From NCBI GenBank assembly GCA_963774265.1, contig CAVZDU010000001.1, positions 480,001 to 544,000 on the forward strand: 64,000 bases of DNA. The letters run 5' to 3'. The notes under the pieces are model-generated. The model saw nothing but the letters and a program-made list of their open reading frames with translations, did no database searches and had not been told where the DNA came from. This DNA is from an uncultured Chloroflexia bacterium. GTDB lineage: Bacteria > Chloroflexota > Anaerolineae > CG2-30-64-16. Position 1 is the first letter of the stretch; each line of letters starts with the position of its first letter. This document shows positions 29,754-40,365 of this stretch, one piece after another. Both the position numbers and the translations under genes were made by a program.

Positions 29754-31019
29754 TTACGCCTGTCCCAGTCGGGCGCGCAGCCAGTCCAGGACTTCCTCGC
29801 TCTTCACCGACGTTTGCTGGCTCGTGGCCATTTCGCGCACCAGGACGGTGCCTTGGGCCAGCTCCTGTTCTCCCAGGATCAGCGTGTAGTCGATGTGGGC
29901 CTTGTCCGCGCCCTTGAGTTGCGATTTGAGGCTGCGGCCGCCGAACGCGAGCAGCGCATCGATTTCAGCTTCACGAAGCTGGCGGACCAGCTTGATGGCG
30001 GACACGCGCGCCTGCTCACCCAATGGCGAGACCTGGACGCGAGGCGCCGGCAGCGGCGGTGGCTGCACCTCCTGCTGCTTCAGGCTGGCGATGACGCGCT
30101 CGATGCCCATGCCGAATCCGATGCCCGGTGTAGGCGGCCCGCCTAGTTCCTCGATGAGTCTGTCGTAGCGCCCTCCGCCGCACACAGCCGCCTGCGCGCC
30201 GATGCCCTTGGCCCAGACCTCGAAGACAGTCTTCGTGTAATAGTCGAGGCCGCGCACCAGCCGGAAGTTGATGCTGTGTGGCATGTTGAGCGCGTCAAGA
30301 TAGCCGCGCAGCGTCGCCAGGTGCGCGGCGCACTCTTCGCACAAATAATCCGCACTGTGCGGCGCGGCGTCGAGCAGCGGCTGCGCGGCCTCCTCTTTGG
30401 AGTCAAGCAGGCGCAACGGGTTGATGGACAGCCGGCGGCGGTCCACCTCGTTAAGGAGGTCTTCGTATTCGCGGAAGTAGTCGATCAGTGCCTGGCGGTA
30501 GGCTGGGCGGCACTTAGGACAGCCCGTCGAATTGAGCTGGAAGCTCAGGCCGCGATAACCAAGCCGGGTGAGCAGCGTCCAGGCGACCGACATAACCTCC
30601 AGATCGACGGCAGGGTCGATTTCACCCAGCACCTCCACGTTAAACTGGTGGTGCTGGCGAAATCTTCCGGCCTGAGGCCGTTCGTACCGGAAGATGGGGC
30701 CCATCGAATAGAGCTTGACCGGCTGCGGCCAAACATGCATGCCGTGTTCGATGTAGGCACGCATTACTCCCGCGGTCCACTCGGGCCGCAGTGTGATTTC
30801 CGCCCCGCCCTTGTCTTGGAAGGAGTACATCTCCTTATCGACAATGTCGGTGCCCTCACCGACCCCGCGCACATAGAGTCCGGTCTCCTCGAAGATCGGT
30901 GTATCGATCTGGACAAATCCGAACAACGCGGCCACCGTGTGCATCTCTTCCGTGACATAGCGCCAATAGGGGCGATCAGCCGGCAGGATATCTTGCGTGC
31001 CGCGAGGCGCCTGATACAT
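29754..31019 (-). CDS. hisS: Histidine--tRNA ligase
   Basis: PRGTQD, LRPE.TA, FRYERPQAGR.RQ, LVRGLDYY, GGGRYD. Confidence 0.97.
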   Translation of the reverse strand: MYQAPRGTQDILPADRPYWRYVTEEMHTVAALFGFVQIDTPIFEETGLYVRGVGEGTDIVDKEMYSFQDKGGAEITLRPEWTAGVMRAYIEHGMHVWPQPVKLYSMGPIFRYERPQAGRFRQHHQFNVEVLGEIDPAVDLEVMSVAWTLLTRLGYRGLSFQLNSTGCPKCRPAYRQALIDYFREYEDLLNEVDRRRLSINPLRLLDSKEEAAQPLLDAAPHSADYLCEECAAHLATLRGYLDALNMPHSINFRLVRGLDYYTKTVFEVWAKGIGAQAAVCGGGRYDRLIEELGGPPTPGIGFGMGIERVIASLKQQEVQPPPLPAPRVQVSPLGEQARVSAIKLVRQLREAEIDALLAFGGRSLKSQLKGADKAHIDYTLILGEQELAQGTVLVREMATSQQTSVKSEEVLDWLRARLGQA

Positions 31020-31121
31020 GCTTGCCTCCAAATCCGATTTCCGCACCTCTCGATGGAGGACGGCAACGGTCGGATTATAGCTTATTCAGGTGCCCTTGTC
31101 TAAGCAGAACACGCAAAAGTT

Positions 31122-32387
31122 CTATGACTTGGGTGGGTGCACGCTGAGGTATTGGTGCAGAAATGGGAAGGTTGCGTCCAGTAACTCGTAGCTTTCCCAG
31201 CCGGGGGATGCGGCGGCTGCGAAGATGGCGGCGCCGAGGACATACGAGTCCTGTTGCAGGTGTGCATCGTACCAGGCGAGTTGTTCGATATAGTTGCCCG
31301 GTGCGTCGGTCCCCATGCCGAGTGAATCCCAGTAAGTGGCGAAGTCGATCCAACCTTTGCCGTCCGGGCCAGGGCGGTTCGTAACGAGCCCATCGATGCC
31401 GACTTCGGTCAGCAGTATCGGAATGTTGAGTTTGTTTGGCTTGAGATAGCCGCTGTAGACCTTGCGATAGCGGAGGGTTAGCCAGCCCTCATCCGCACCG
31501 TTAACAGCCCAGCCAAGTGGATCCTGTGACGTTCCATACTGCAGCGTGGGCGCACCGTATTCGTGCAGACCCAGGTAGCCTTTGTGTTTGATGGCGGCTT
31601 CTATGGCGGGTCGAAACTGCGGCCACCATTCGAGAGGCGGGCTGCCTGAGCTGAAGTTGCCGATGCATGAGCGGATGCCTGCCCCTGCGAATAGTTCAAC
31701 GCGATGGGCTTCGAACTCCGCAAGGCGGCTCATCTGGTCCTGATCGCCGGGGGCCGGTTCGTTGAACGATTCCCATGCGTCGATGGCAGCCATGCGCCTT
31801 GGCTCGGTCGCAATCGGCAACAACTGGTCTGCGAAGGCCTGAGCCGCCGCTTTGGGATCGGCCATGTCTGCCAGGTTAACCTGGGGGACATCCATGCGTC
31901 CAACAACAAGCGTCTTGGGTGAGATGGACTTGATTTCAGCCACGAAATTCGGATCGTATTCCAGCGTTTTGACCAGCGTCACGTTCCCGGTACGCAGCAA
32001 ATCGAAGATCCGTGGATCGTTGCGCGTTACGAATAGGCCAAGCTTGGAGGCCGGGCCTGGTGGGAACAAGGTTGCAGTCGGCGTTGGGGTGGCTGTGGGC
32101 GCTGGTGTGTCGGTCGGAAGGAGCGTGACCGAGGCGGTTGGGGTCGCGGCCGTGGTCGCAGTCGCCGCAGTCGTCGGCGTCGCCGGCGGACTGACCGGGG
32201 TGCTCGACAGGGTAGGCGTGCCCGTCGGGGTGGGGATGCGCGGAGTCCGGGTCGGTGTGGGGGTGGGCGCCGGCGCGATTGCGCGACAGCCGCCGATGGC
32301 GGCCAGCGTGCCTGCGCCAATCAATGCCTGTATGGCAGCCCGTCGGCTTAGCCTGCGGGCTGAATTCTTTTGGTTGTAATCTGTCAT
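31122..32387 (-). CDS. Tat-exported lipoprotein with Pro/Thr linker and GH-A-clan-like TIM barrel
   Basis: SRRAAI twin-Arg, lipobox-like IGGC, PT repeats, FNEP, LHEY, LTEVG. Confidence 0.65.
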   Translation of the reverse strand: MTDYNQKNSARRLSRRAAIQALIGAGTLAAIGGCRAIAPAPTPTPTRTPRIPTPTGTPTLSSTPVSPPATPTTAATATTAATPTASVTLLPTDTPAPTATPTPTATLFPPGPASKLGLFVTRNDPRIFDLLRTGNVTLVKTLEYDPNFVAEIKSISPKTLVVGRMDVPQVNLADMADPKAAAQAFADQLLPIATEPRRMAAIDAWESFNEPAPGDQDQMSRLAEFEAHRVELFAGAGIRSCIGNFSSGSPPLEWWPQFRPAIEAAIKHKGYLGLHEYGAPTLQYGTSQDPLGWAVNGADEGWLTLRYRKVYSGYLKPNKLNIPILLTEVGIDGLVTNRPGPDGKGWIDFATYWDSLGMGTDAPGNYIEQLAWYDAHLQQDSYVLGAAIFAAAASPGWESYELLDATFPFLHQYLSVHPPKS

Positions 32388-32414
32388 TAAGTATCGGTCA
32401 ACGCACCAACCGAT

Positions 32415-33185
32415 TCAGTTGATGCCAAGTCCCTCGTCCTTCGGAAGGATCACGATCGGAATACCTTTCGGATTCCAATCGGTGAACCACTTCGCATCCT
32501 CGGGAGTCAGGCGAATGCACCCTTTGGAGGCCGGGTAGGCGCCGAGGGCATCCACCTGTTCGTACACCTTTTGTCCATCGACCAGCCGGTATGGGGTGCT
32601 GTGAATCAGAATATGGCCGGCATCTTCGAAAAGATACCACCCTTCATCTGCATGGACGTCGGAAGCCTGAAAGGTGCCCCAGTAGTCACCCACGAGCCCA
32701 TACCACGCGAGTGTGCGGTAACCACGCGACTCATCGCCGGTGCTAACAGGCATGATGCGCGTGGGCTGGCCCGGATTCCAGGCGATCATGGTCTGACTGT
32801 CCAGGTCCACTACGACGAAGCGTCGGGACATGTCCATGCCGTAGCGCTCTGCGACACGCACCAGGTGTGGCATAAGTGGCTCCGCGGTTGGCCGCGCTGC
32901 GGCTGGCGCCGGCGCCACCGTCGGCTGTGCTGTCGCCGTGGGGATGACGATCGCCAGGTCGACGGTCGCCGGGGTTGGGGTGGATGTTTCAGGGCGCGGC
33001 GTGCGCGTGGGCGTCGCAGTGGCATCAACGACAAGTGCACTGAGGATGCTATTCCAGCGCGGCCAGGCAGCGCCCCATGCGGCCCAGACCGTGCCGGCAA
33101 GTGCGATGAGAATGATCGCGGCCAGCATCAGGACAAAGAGAGTGCGGCGCGATGTGCGTAAAAGGTGTCGGTTATTTGAGATCAT
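32415..33185 (-). CDS. L,D-transpeptidase (YkuD) family protein
   Basis: N-terminal TM, PT linker, VVVDLDSQ, LIHS..., ASKGCIRL. Confidence 0.8.
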   Translation of the reverse strand: MISNNRHLLRTSRRTLFVLMLAAIILIALAGTVWAAWGAAWPRWNSILSALVVDATATPTRTPRPETSTPTPATVDLAIVIPTATAQPTVAPAPAAARPTAEPLMPHLVRVAERYGMDMSRRFVVVDLDSQTMIAWNPGQPTRIMPVSTGDESRGYRTLAWYGLVGDYWGTFQASDVHADEGWYLFEDAGHILIHSTPYRLVDGQKVYEQVDALGAYPASKGCIRLTPEDAKWFTDWNPKGIPIVILPKDEGLGIN

Positions 33186-33222
33186 GCGGCATCGGAGAAA
33201 GCGCGGGATTGCCCGCGCACCT

Positions 33223-33855
33223 TCAGGCAGTCTTGTGTTGCTCGAACGCTTGCATCGCAGCCTCGAGCTCTTCCTGGCGAACAGCCACGGTCAGATCGCC
33301 GCGAGTGCGTTCGAGAACGCCGCGCAACATGTCCGTCGTCCGGCGCAGTCCGCCGGTGAGCGCATCAGGAAAGTCCATGGTGACGAGATGAATGTACACA
33401 TCGTCCATCACCGCGAGATACGGCTCGCCCTCCCGGGTGCGCCCGAGGCGAATTAGATCCAGCATGAAGCGGCGTAGTTCGCTGGCAGCTTCGGCGAGGC
33501 CGTTCAAATACGCCGCTGCCGGAACCCGCAAATCCGCGGGCTTTGGCAAGGCGTGGCCATGAACCATTGCGTACAATGTGTGGGCTTCGACCAGTTCTTT
33601 GAGCGCGTCCTGGGTGTAGCCAGCTTCGTAGAGATCGTGATACTTTGCCAGGTCGGCTGTCATCACGTCAGCGGCTTGCCGGGCGGTGTTGAGGAGGGTT
33701 TCCGCCTCTCCCCACTCATGCCGGTGAATGGCCCGGATGCTGAGCGCACAGTAACGGATCAGCTCGCGGCTGCGATTGAGTGTTGTATCGCGCACCGCGT
33801 TCTTCGCGGTAAACTCCGTACGAATGTCTTCGATAATCTCTGGCAGTTCAAGCAT
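33223..33855 (-). CDS. Translin/TRAX family protein
   Basis: SIRAIHR, QDALKELVEA, YLNGLAEAASELRR, GLRRTTD..RGVLERTRGD. Confidence 0.85.
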   Translation of the reverse strand: MLELPEIIEDIRTEFTAKNAVRDTTLNRSRELIRYCALSIRAIHRHEWGEAETLLNTARQAADVMTADLAKYHDLYEAGYTQDALKELVEAHTLYAMVHGHALPKPADLRVPAAAYLNGLAEAASELRRFMLDLIRLGRTREGEPYLAVMDDVYIHLVTMDFPDALTGGLRRTTDMLRGVLERTRGDLTVAVRQEELEAAMQAFEQHKTA

Positions 33856-34027
33856 AGTTTTACATTATATCCAATAATGCAATGAGGCACAACTCGCGAC
33901 CCTTTTGGCGAATGACCCGGCATGTGGTATTATTTTCATGCTTCCCCCCTGTTGCTAATGAGCGGGGTTGACACACTGGAGGCGTCACGTGGAACCGCGC
34001 GCCGTCCATTATGAGGTATAGAACCAA

Positions 34028-34573
34028 ATGCAGTTTCCCCCAGAACTATTGAATAAGGTCGGTGTGGCCCTGGAGCTGATCGTTGCGATCGTTGTGGCCC
34101 TCACCGTCGCCTTCTGGATTGCCCTGGTGGTCTGGGTGGTCCGTGACATCCGCCTTCGCACGCGTGACATCTTTGCCTGGATCCTTGCCGGACTGCTGGC
34201 CCTCGTGCTGGGACCGGTGGGTGTTGTGTTGTATCTGTTCCTGCGGCCTAAGGAGACTCTGGCTGAGGTGTATGACCGCCAGTTGGAGGAGGAAGCGCTG
34301 CTGCGCGATATCGCCCAGCGCAGAGCCTGCCCGCAATGTCAGGTGGTCACTGAGCCGGACTGGCTGGTATGCCCCCATTGCCGGACGGAGTTGCGCCGGT
34401 TGTGTGACTCTTGCGGTAAGCCCCTGGATTTGAACTGGGTTATGTGCCCGTTTTGCGCAACGCCGGTGACCGGGCAGCGACCTTTACAGCCGTCGTTGGC
34501 TGCTCCTGCACCGACGACCGCTGTGCAGGCCATGGCCACCGATGTGGCGCTTCAGCGCCCGGAAGCGTCATAA
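34028..34573 (+). CDS. Membrane protein with double zinc ribbon
   Basis: Two TM regions then four CxxC pairs. Confidence 0.8.
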   Translation: MQFPPELLNKVGVALELIVAIVVALTVAFWIALVVWVVRDIRLRTRDIFAWILAGLLALVLGPVGVVLYLFLRPKETLAEVYDRQLEEEALLRDIAQRRACPQCQVVTEPDWLVCPHCRTELRRLCDSCGKPLDLNWVMCPFCATPVTGQRPLQPSLAAPAPTTAVQAMATDVALQRPEAS

Positions 34574-34574
34574 T

Positions 34575-34616
34575 ACAAAACAAGGCCACGCCGTTTGTTC
34601 CGGCGTGGCCTGTCTT
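34575..34616. terminator. Bidirectional terminator-like hairpin between convergent genes
   Basis: AGGCCACGCCG/CGGCGTGGCCT 11-bp stem, A-rich 5' flank. Confidence 0.75.
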
Positions 34617-34662
34617 CACCCTTGCCCGATCCCCCTAAAAGCCAGCGCTGCGGCGAAAAACC

Positions 34663-35973
34663 CTATCCGAATGCGCGCCCGGCCGCGATGCGTGCGGCCA
34701 ACGCCGTCGCTACTTCCTCAGCACTTCCCGTGATCCGCTGCACCGTGGCCCCGTCGGTCACTAATTGCTTTTCCGTATCCGCATTCACTTCCTCTGGCGC
34801 GCCGATAATCGTGACGCTGCTCGCGGCTTCCGCCTCTTCTGCGTTGAACCCGAACATCGGAGTGAATGTCAAAATGAAGTCCTGCGCGAGAAGGAGATTC
34901 GCTCGGGTGCGCGGCCGGTCGTTCGGCCCGAACAGAACGTAGTGCGTCACGGACTTCCCCGGTGCTGGCGCAACGAGATCGACGGTGGCCGAGTTCATGC
35001 CATTCAGGTTCAACGCCTCGGACGCCACCTGTGTTCCCGCGATCACCACCCGATACGTGCCCGCCTCCAGTCCCGTAAATCGATATGTTCCGTCGGCCGC
35101 GACGATTTGTGTAGCGACTTCGACAGTTTCCTTCAACAGGGCGACGGTCCGACCCGCGCCGTTGGTTACCCGCCCGGAGATGATGCTCTCGCGCAGGGCG
35201 AGCGTCAGGTTCAGTTGCACCTGGTCGCGCCCGTTCACCCGCGTGAGCGCTGACCGAAAGTTCGTGCCCTCCACTGCAATCAGATACTCGCCCGCACCCA
35301 ACTCGGCGAAGCGGAACGTCTCGTCCACCCCGAGGGCTTTGCGTGCGACCTCTTGGTCCGTCTTTAGCAAGAGCGCCGTGCGCCCTGAGCCGTTGTGGAT
35401 GACGCCATAGATCACGCTGTCCGTATAGACCTGTTCGGCGGCTTGCGCCTTGACGTAGGTCACGCTGAAAGAGTGGTGGAACAAGGTGTTGCCTGGCGCT
35501 TCGTCGGGGTGGCCCGTGTGCATGCCCGTGACTCGGTCCGATGGCAGTTCTTGCCCTGTCAACCCCAGGCATTCGACGGCGCAGACCTGCCACTTCCACA
35601 TGGGAAGGTTGGTCCCCGGCTCATTGGCGGGCTTGTCAACCGTCACGATCTGTTCGCCGCCATCCCAGGTCACGCGCAGACGGGCTGCCTCCACGCGGCC
35701 CCCGTAGGGAGCGCCGCCGAGGGCTGGATCGAGCACGTCGAGATAGATGTGGTGGTTGCCGCCGTTCTCCTGGGGTGTCAGGTGATGCACGCGTACTGCC
35801 TGCCAGTAAAGCGCACCTGGCGCGACGCTGGCCGGCTGGATCTGAACACCATAGCTGGTTGCGTCATTGACCACTTCCTGCGGCGCCACCGAAACCGTTT
35901 GGGCTTGCGCCGGTTTTACGTCGCGCTGCCCGCGCAACCAGCCTATTAGATCCCATCCCTTGTCTGTGCTCAT
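34663..35973 (-). CDS. Protein with carboxypeptidase-regulatory-like beta repeats and C-terminal CWB2-like domain
   Basis: Repeated S.I.G.V.NG.GRT..L...G.YRF.GL.AG.Y; C-terminal VTIIG...L...GATVQRITG. Confidence 0.65.
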   Translation of the reverse strand: MSTDKGWDLIGWLRGQRDVKPAQAQTVSVAPQEVVNDATSYGVQIQPASVAPGALYWQAVRVHHLTPQENGGNHHIYLDVLDPALGGAPYGGRVEAARLRVTWDGGEQIVTVDKPANEPGTNLPMWKWQVCAVECLGLTGQELPSDRVTGMHTGHPDEAPGNTLFHHSFSVTYVKAQAAEQVYTDSVIYGVIHNGSGRTALLLKTDQEVARKALGVDETFRFAELGAGEYLIAVEGTNFRSALTRVNGRDQVQLNLTLALRESIISGRVTNGAGRTVALLKETVEVATQIVAADGTYRFTGLEAGTYRVVIAGTQVASEALNLNGMNSATVDLVAPAPGKSVTHYVLFGPNDRPRTRANLLLAQDFILTFTPMFGFNAEEAEAASSVTIIGAPEEVNADTEKQLVTDGATVQRITGSAEEVATALAARIAAGRAFG

Positions 35974-35976
35974 CGC

Positions 35977-38900
35977 TTAGCCCTCCGCAAAAAGCTGTTC
36001 CAACGCGGTCGCAACCGAATAGGCGTCGCCTTGCAGCCGTGCCACCTGGCATCCCGCAGCACTGAGTGTGCTCTCGGCGCTGGCAGGCACACGATCTCCG
36101 ACGATCGTGACCCGGTTGGCAAGCTTCGCCTCATCGATGCTGAAGCCGCCGGATAGGTCGCCGGTCAGGTAGTGACTTGCCAGAGCAAGCAGAAGCCTTG
36201 CCTCAGCATGGCCTGTCTGATCCGCTGCGGGTGGCGGCGCAAAGAGCAGGTAGTGAGACAAGAGCTTTGCAGGCCCAGGAGGCAAGGTGACATCGCGGAC
36301 GACCGTTGCATCCTCCGGAAGCACGATATCATCTACTATCGCATTGCCATCGCTTACTGCTATGGCGTAGGTCCCCGCGGCAAGGCCGGTGAATTTGAAC
36401 ACACCCTTGCTATCCGCCTCGCTGTGCGCTACTTCCACGTCATCTTTGAGCAAACGCACGAGGGTGTAGGGGAGAGGTGTGCCGTTGGCGTTCAGCACAC
36501 GGCCCTGCAGCGTGCCTCGCGGCCCCTGACTGGGCCAGAGACCGTCGGCCACCTGTTCGCGCTCACCATCAAGTTGAATGCCGGACGCAATTTGCCCCAG
36601 GCCCGCCACCTCAATCGCGTACACACCCGCGGGTAGGTTGGCGAAACGATACGTTCCATCTGCCGCAGTGCGCGTCTCGGCCACCACGCTGCCTTCGCGT
36701 CGCAGGGTAACCGTGCGATCTGCTTGGGGCTGACCCGCACCGTCGGCAATTCGGCCGCGGATCGCGCTCCGCCTGCCAACAGATAGATCTATGGGCGCCA
36801 GCGTCAGGCGGTTTTCGCCGGTGAGGCCAAGATCAGAGAACACCTGTCCCTCTACCTCCAGCCGATAGCGTCCGGGTGGCAGATTGTCAAAGGAGAAGGC
36901 GCCCTGCTGGTCGAGAGGTGCTTGACGGGTCCAGGCCCACGCTGCGGGCGAATACAGGACGGCCACAAGTCCCTCCGGTGCGCCGACGACCGTGCCGCCC
37001 AAGTGGCTGCGCAGGGAAAAGAGCACCTTGAAAAGCGTGCCGGGCGAAACGGCAATGTCCTGTGAAATGACGCCGATGCCCTCCAGGGAGAGCTGGTATG
37101 CGCCGTCAGCCACAGAGGCAAACGCAAACGCGCCGTTGGCAGCCAGCACAGTCTGGCGCGTGGGCGGCGTGGCGCCGGAACCCGCAACACCGGTCAACGT
37201 CACCTTGCGTCCCGCCTGGCCGCCGTAGATGACGCCGTCGACCTGGGCTGGGCTACCGCCGATGGGCCGCAACTGAAAGTTGACCTCGTAAGATATGGGT
37301 TGCCCCTCGCGGCCCGGCACCTTGGCTGTCTCAAGACCATCTGCCTTGTCGCCCGGCCAGTCTTCCTGGATCACTTGCAGCGCAAACGTGCCGGGGGTAT
37401 GCAGAAACTCGTAATAGCCCGCCGGCTTATAGCCATCGCTGCCGGTGACTTTCACGGGGAACTGCGTGCCCGCTGCCGCGCCTTCCCACGACATCTGCAC
37501 CTTGATCCCGTTGAGCGGTGCGCCACTTGCATCGGTGAGAATTCCGTAAAGAATGCGCCGATTGTTGGTTTCTTCAGCGGGCAGCAGTCGTTTCTTGGCG
37601 ACTTCGTACCGATACCCCGCGGCTGTGCCCGTCGTAAGCTTCATGCTCTTGGCCTGCCAACCGTCCAGTGCGATGCCGTCGAGCGTGATGCCCGGCACCG
37701 ATAAACGGTAGGCGCCAAGCGTCAGGCTTGCGAATCGGAAACTTCCATCCGCGCCGGTCTTGTTTGTCGCCACAACTGACCCGTCACGCTGCAAGCTCAC
37801 TTCGATACCTGCAACCGTCGCGCCAGAGGGGTTCTGCACCGTTCCCGAGAGGACGCTGGCCCGTCCGCCGGTGAGGCGAATGGTGATGGCCTGTCCGCCA
37901 CCCTCAACTGCGCTCACACTTCGGCGCACGACGCCCCAGGGTGCGATCGCAATGTCATACGAGCCCGCGGCGAGCCCGCTGAAGGTGAACGAGCCGTCTT
38001 CCTTGGTTTGCATCTTGGAAATCTCATTGTTGGCGAGCAGAAGTTGCACGGTGAGATCGGCCAGCGGCTCATCGGTATCCGCGGGTGACTTTGCCTGAAA
38101 GGCTTGCGCCAGTGGTTCCATCCACCGGTACGCTCGGTAAGGCCTTGAGCGCCGCTACTACCGGCAGTTCGCCATGGAGGTTGAAGTCCTTGTTCCACCA
38201 GTCCGAGTACCACGATTGGCTTTCCCATCCCGGCGCAACGAAGCCGAGGCGGTAGTTTGCGATGAGCCAGTGACACATGGCAAAGAAATTACTGGGGCTG
38301 TGCTGGTTGTGGATCTGGCGCGTGCCCTGCATGAACTCAGCGATCCCGATGTTGCGGTCACGGTGGAGGTCGGGCGTGACCCGGGGATAACGCCGATCTT
38401 CTTTCCACCCTACGACCGGGCCACCCTCAGTGCCGATGATGGGCACCGGGAATCCCAACGCCTGACGTGCGATCTGATCTGTCAGCTGAAAGGCCAGGAA
38501 ACAGGAAGCGTCGTCTTCCAGGGTGTCGCCGGGGTTCTTGTCCGATGCGCGCCACTGGTTGATCTGGTCACGCGTTGCCCCTTCCCACGCCCAGGGCCCA
38601 TGCCGGTCGTACTCCTCCTGGCTGACGGGTTCTCCTTCCTGGTTAACTGGATCGTAGGGGTAGTCGAGCGGATGGTTCAGCGTGTAGTTGTGGACAGCGA
38701 TCCAGGCGCCCTTCTCGAATACGTCGGCGCGTCCCCGTTGAACCACTGCCTCTATCGGGTTGACCCGGCTGCCTACGGCCATCGCCGGGAGGGCAGGGAA
38801 CCCACCCAGTGCAAGCACCTTGTCCGCATCCACAATGAAATTGTCGACCACGATGTCCAGCCAGTTAGGCGGTACATGCCTGTCCTTCCACTCCACAGCC

Positions 38901-39232
38901 AGATCGGGTTCATTGTTGGTCTCGAAGTAGTGGACGCCCGCGGCAACGAGCCGCCTGATGGTGTCCTCTTCGCGGCCGCCGATGGTGCCCGGATTTGGCT
39001 CCGAACGGTACAGGCGCACGACAGGCATGATATCGGCCGCCAGCAGGCGCTGCGAAAGTTCCAGCGCAGACCCGCCGCCATCATCGAGCACCTTCACCCA
39101 TTTGATTTTCATGGCTTGGAGCTCGGCGATCCAGTAGTCGAGCGAAGCTCCTGAGGGGTGATAGACTGAAGCCGACCAATGAACGCCGCGGCGGTTGTCG
39201 GCCTTGGGGCGCGGGAAATCTTCAATGCGCAT
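35977..39232 (-). CDS. Large protein: GH-like TIM barrel, about 6 carboxypeptidase-regulatory-like repeats and a CWB2-like tail (frameshift near 38082)
   Basis: RRGVHW, KWVKVLD, NNEP, HNY, GTEGG; repeats of G.F.F..L..G.Y; the ORFs join as GKVTR/ADTDEPL. Confidence 0.7.
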
Positions 39233-39524
39233 GAGGCCCTCCGATGCAGATAACCCCTTCGGGACCAGACCTGCGCTCTCGGCGATCGCCGCGCGCCGTC
39301 CGGCCTGAACGATGTGGTGATTATACCATAGCACCCACATTAAAAGCAAGTGTCTTTTATTAGACGAAGCAATTCATCTGTACCCACCTGCGGTCGCTGC
39401 AAATGTGGTGTTTGAAGCCCTGTGCGAAGCGTGGTAGGATAATTGCACTTGAGAGGGGATGGGGCTCCCCGGGATCCAGCATCCGGTACGTCGCCAGACT
39501 GAGAACCTCTACCAGGGATAACGC

Positions 39525-40166
39525 ATGATCTCACGCTTCATCCTGGTCCGGCACGGCCAAACCGAGTGGAACCGCGTCGAACGCTTCCGGGGACAGGCCG
39601 ACGTGACGCTCAATGAGACCGGCCTGGTCGAGGCCGCCGCCACCGGCCGGCGCATCGCAGCCGAGTGGCAGCTAACGGCCGTGTATACCAGCCCGTTGAG
39701 CCGCGCGGTCGTAACGGCCCAGGCCATCGCGGCGCCCCTTGACCTGCCGGTCCTGCCGCTCGATGGTCTGGCCGATATCCACTACGGTGACTGGCAAGGG
39801 CTCACACCGGAAGAGGCCCGAGCGCGTTGGCCCGACTTGATCCGCGCTTGGTACACGGCGCCTGCGACCGTTCAGATCCCCGGCGGCGAATCTTTGGCCG
39901 ACCTGCGCGAGCGCGCCATGGCCGCGATCCGCGAACTGGCAGCCCGTCATGCCGGCCAGACGATCGCGCTGGTCAGCCATACAGTCGTCAATCGGGTGAT
40001 CCTGCTGGCGATCCTGGGCCTGGGCAACGACCGTTTCTGGCGGCTACGGCAGGACAACTGCGCTATCAACGTGTTTGAGGCAGAGGGTGACGACTTCACC
40101 CTGGTAACGATGAACGATACGTGCCACCTGCGTGGTGGTCTATCAGACCCTGGTAGATATCGGTGA
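39525..40166 (+). CDS. Histidine phosphatase family protein
   Basis: LVRHGQTEWN, SPLSRA, GGESL, LVSH, NDTCHL. Confidence 0.92.
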   Translation: MISRFILVRHGQTEWNRVERFRGQADVTLNETGLVEAAATGRRIAAEWQLTAVYTSPLSRAVVTAQAIAAPLDLPVLPLDGLADIHYGDWQGLTPEEARARWPDLIRAWYTAPATVQIPGGESLADLRERAMAAIRELAARHAGQTIALVSHTVVNRVILLAILGLGNDRFWRLRQDNCAINVFEAEGDDFTLVTMNDTCHLRGGLSDPGRYR

Positions 40167-40365
40167 TCCCAAGGAGTCGCGACATAGAGCCGGACGCGGG
40201 AGCCGTCCACACCGGACCGCGACCCTTCATTGCAGCGCTAGACGCTCTGGATGACCTGCGCCGCTTGGCGGTCACCAAAAACAACCCTCGAACTTCCTGA
40301 TCGTTCATCGTGAGGTTGGAACCCCGCAGCGTTTTCGTCAGGCACGACCAAGGTGGGAAAGGTAT

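Noticed and set aside
32090-32270. Short repeated motifs, also at 56090-56150 and 56530-56590, as possible CRISPR or tandem DNA repeats
   Set aside because: They encode Pro/Thr/Ala linkers with degenerate codons; no constant repeat-spacer periodicity
39508-40157. 10-bp inverted repeat (TCTACCAGGG/CCCTGGTAGA) flanking the histidine phosphatase gene
   Set aside because: Short, no transposase or target-site duplication; plausibly chance
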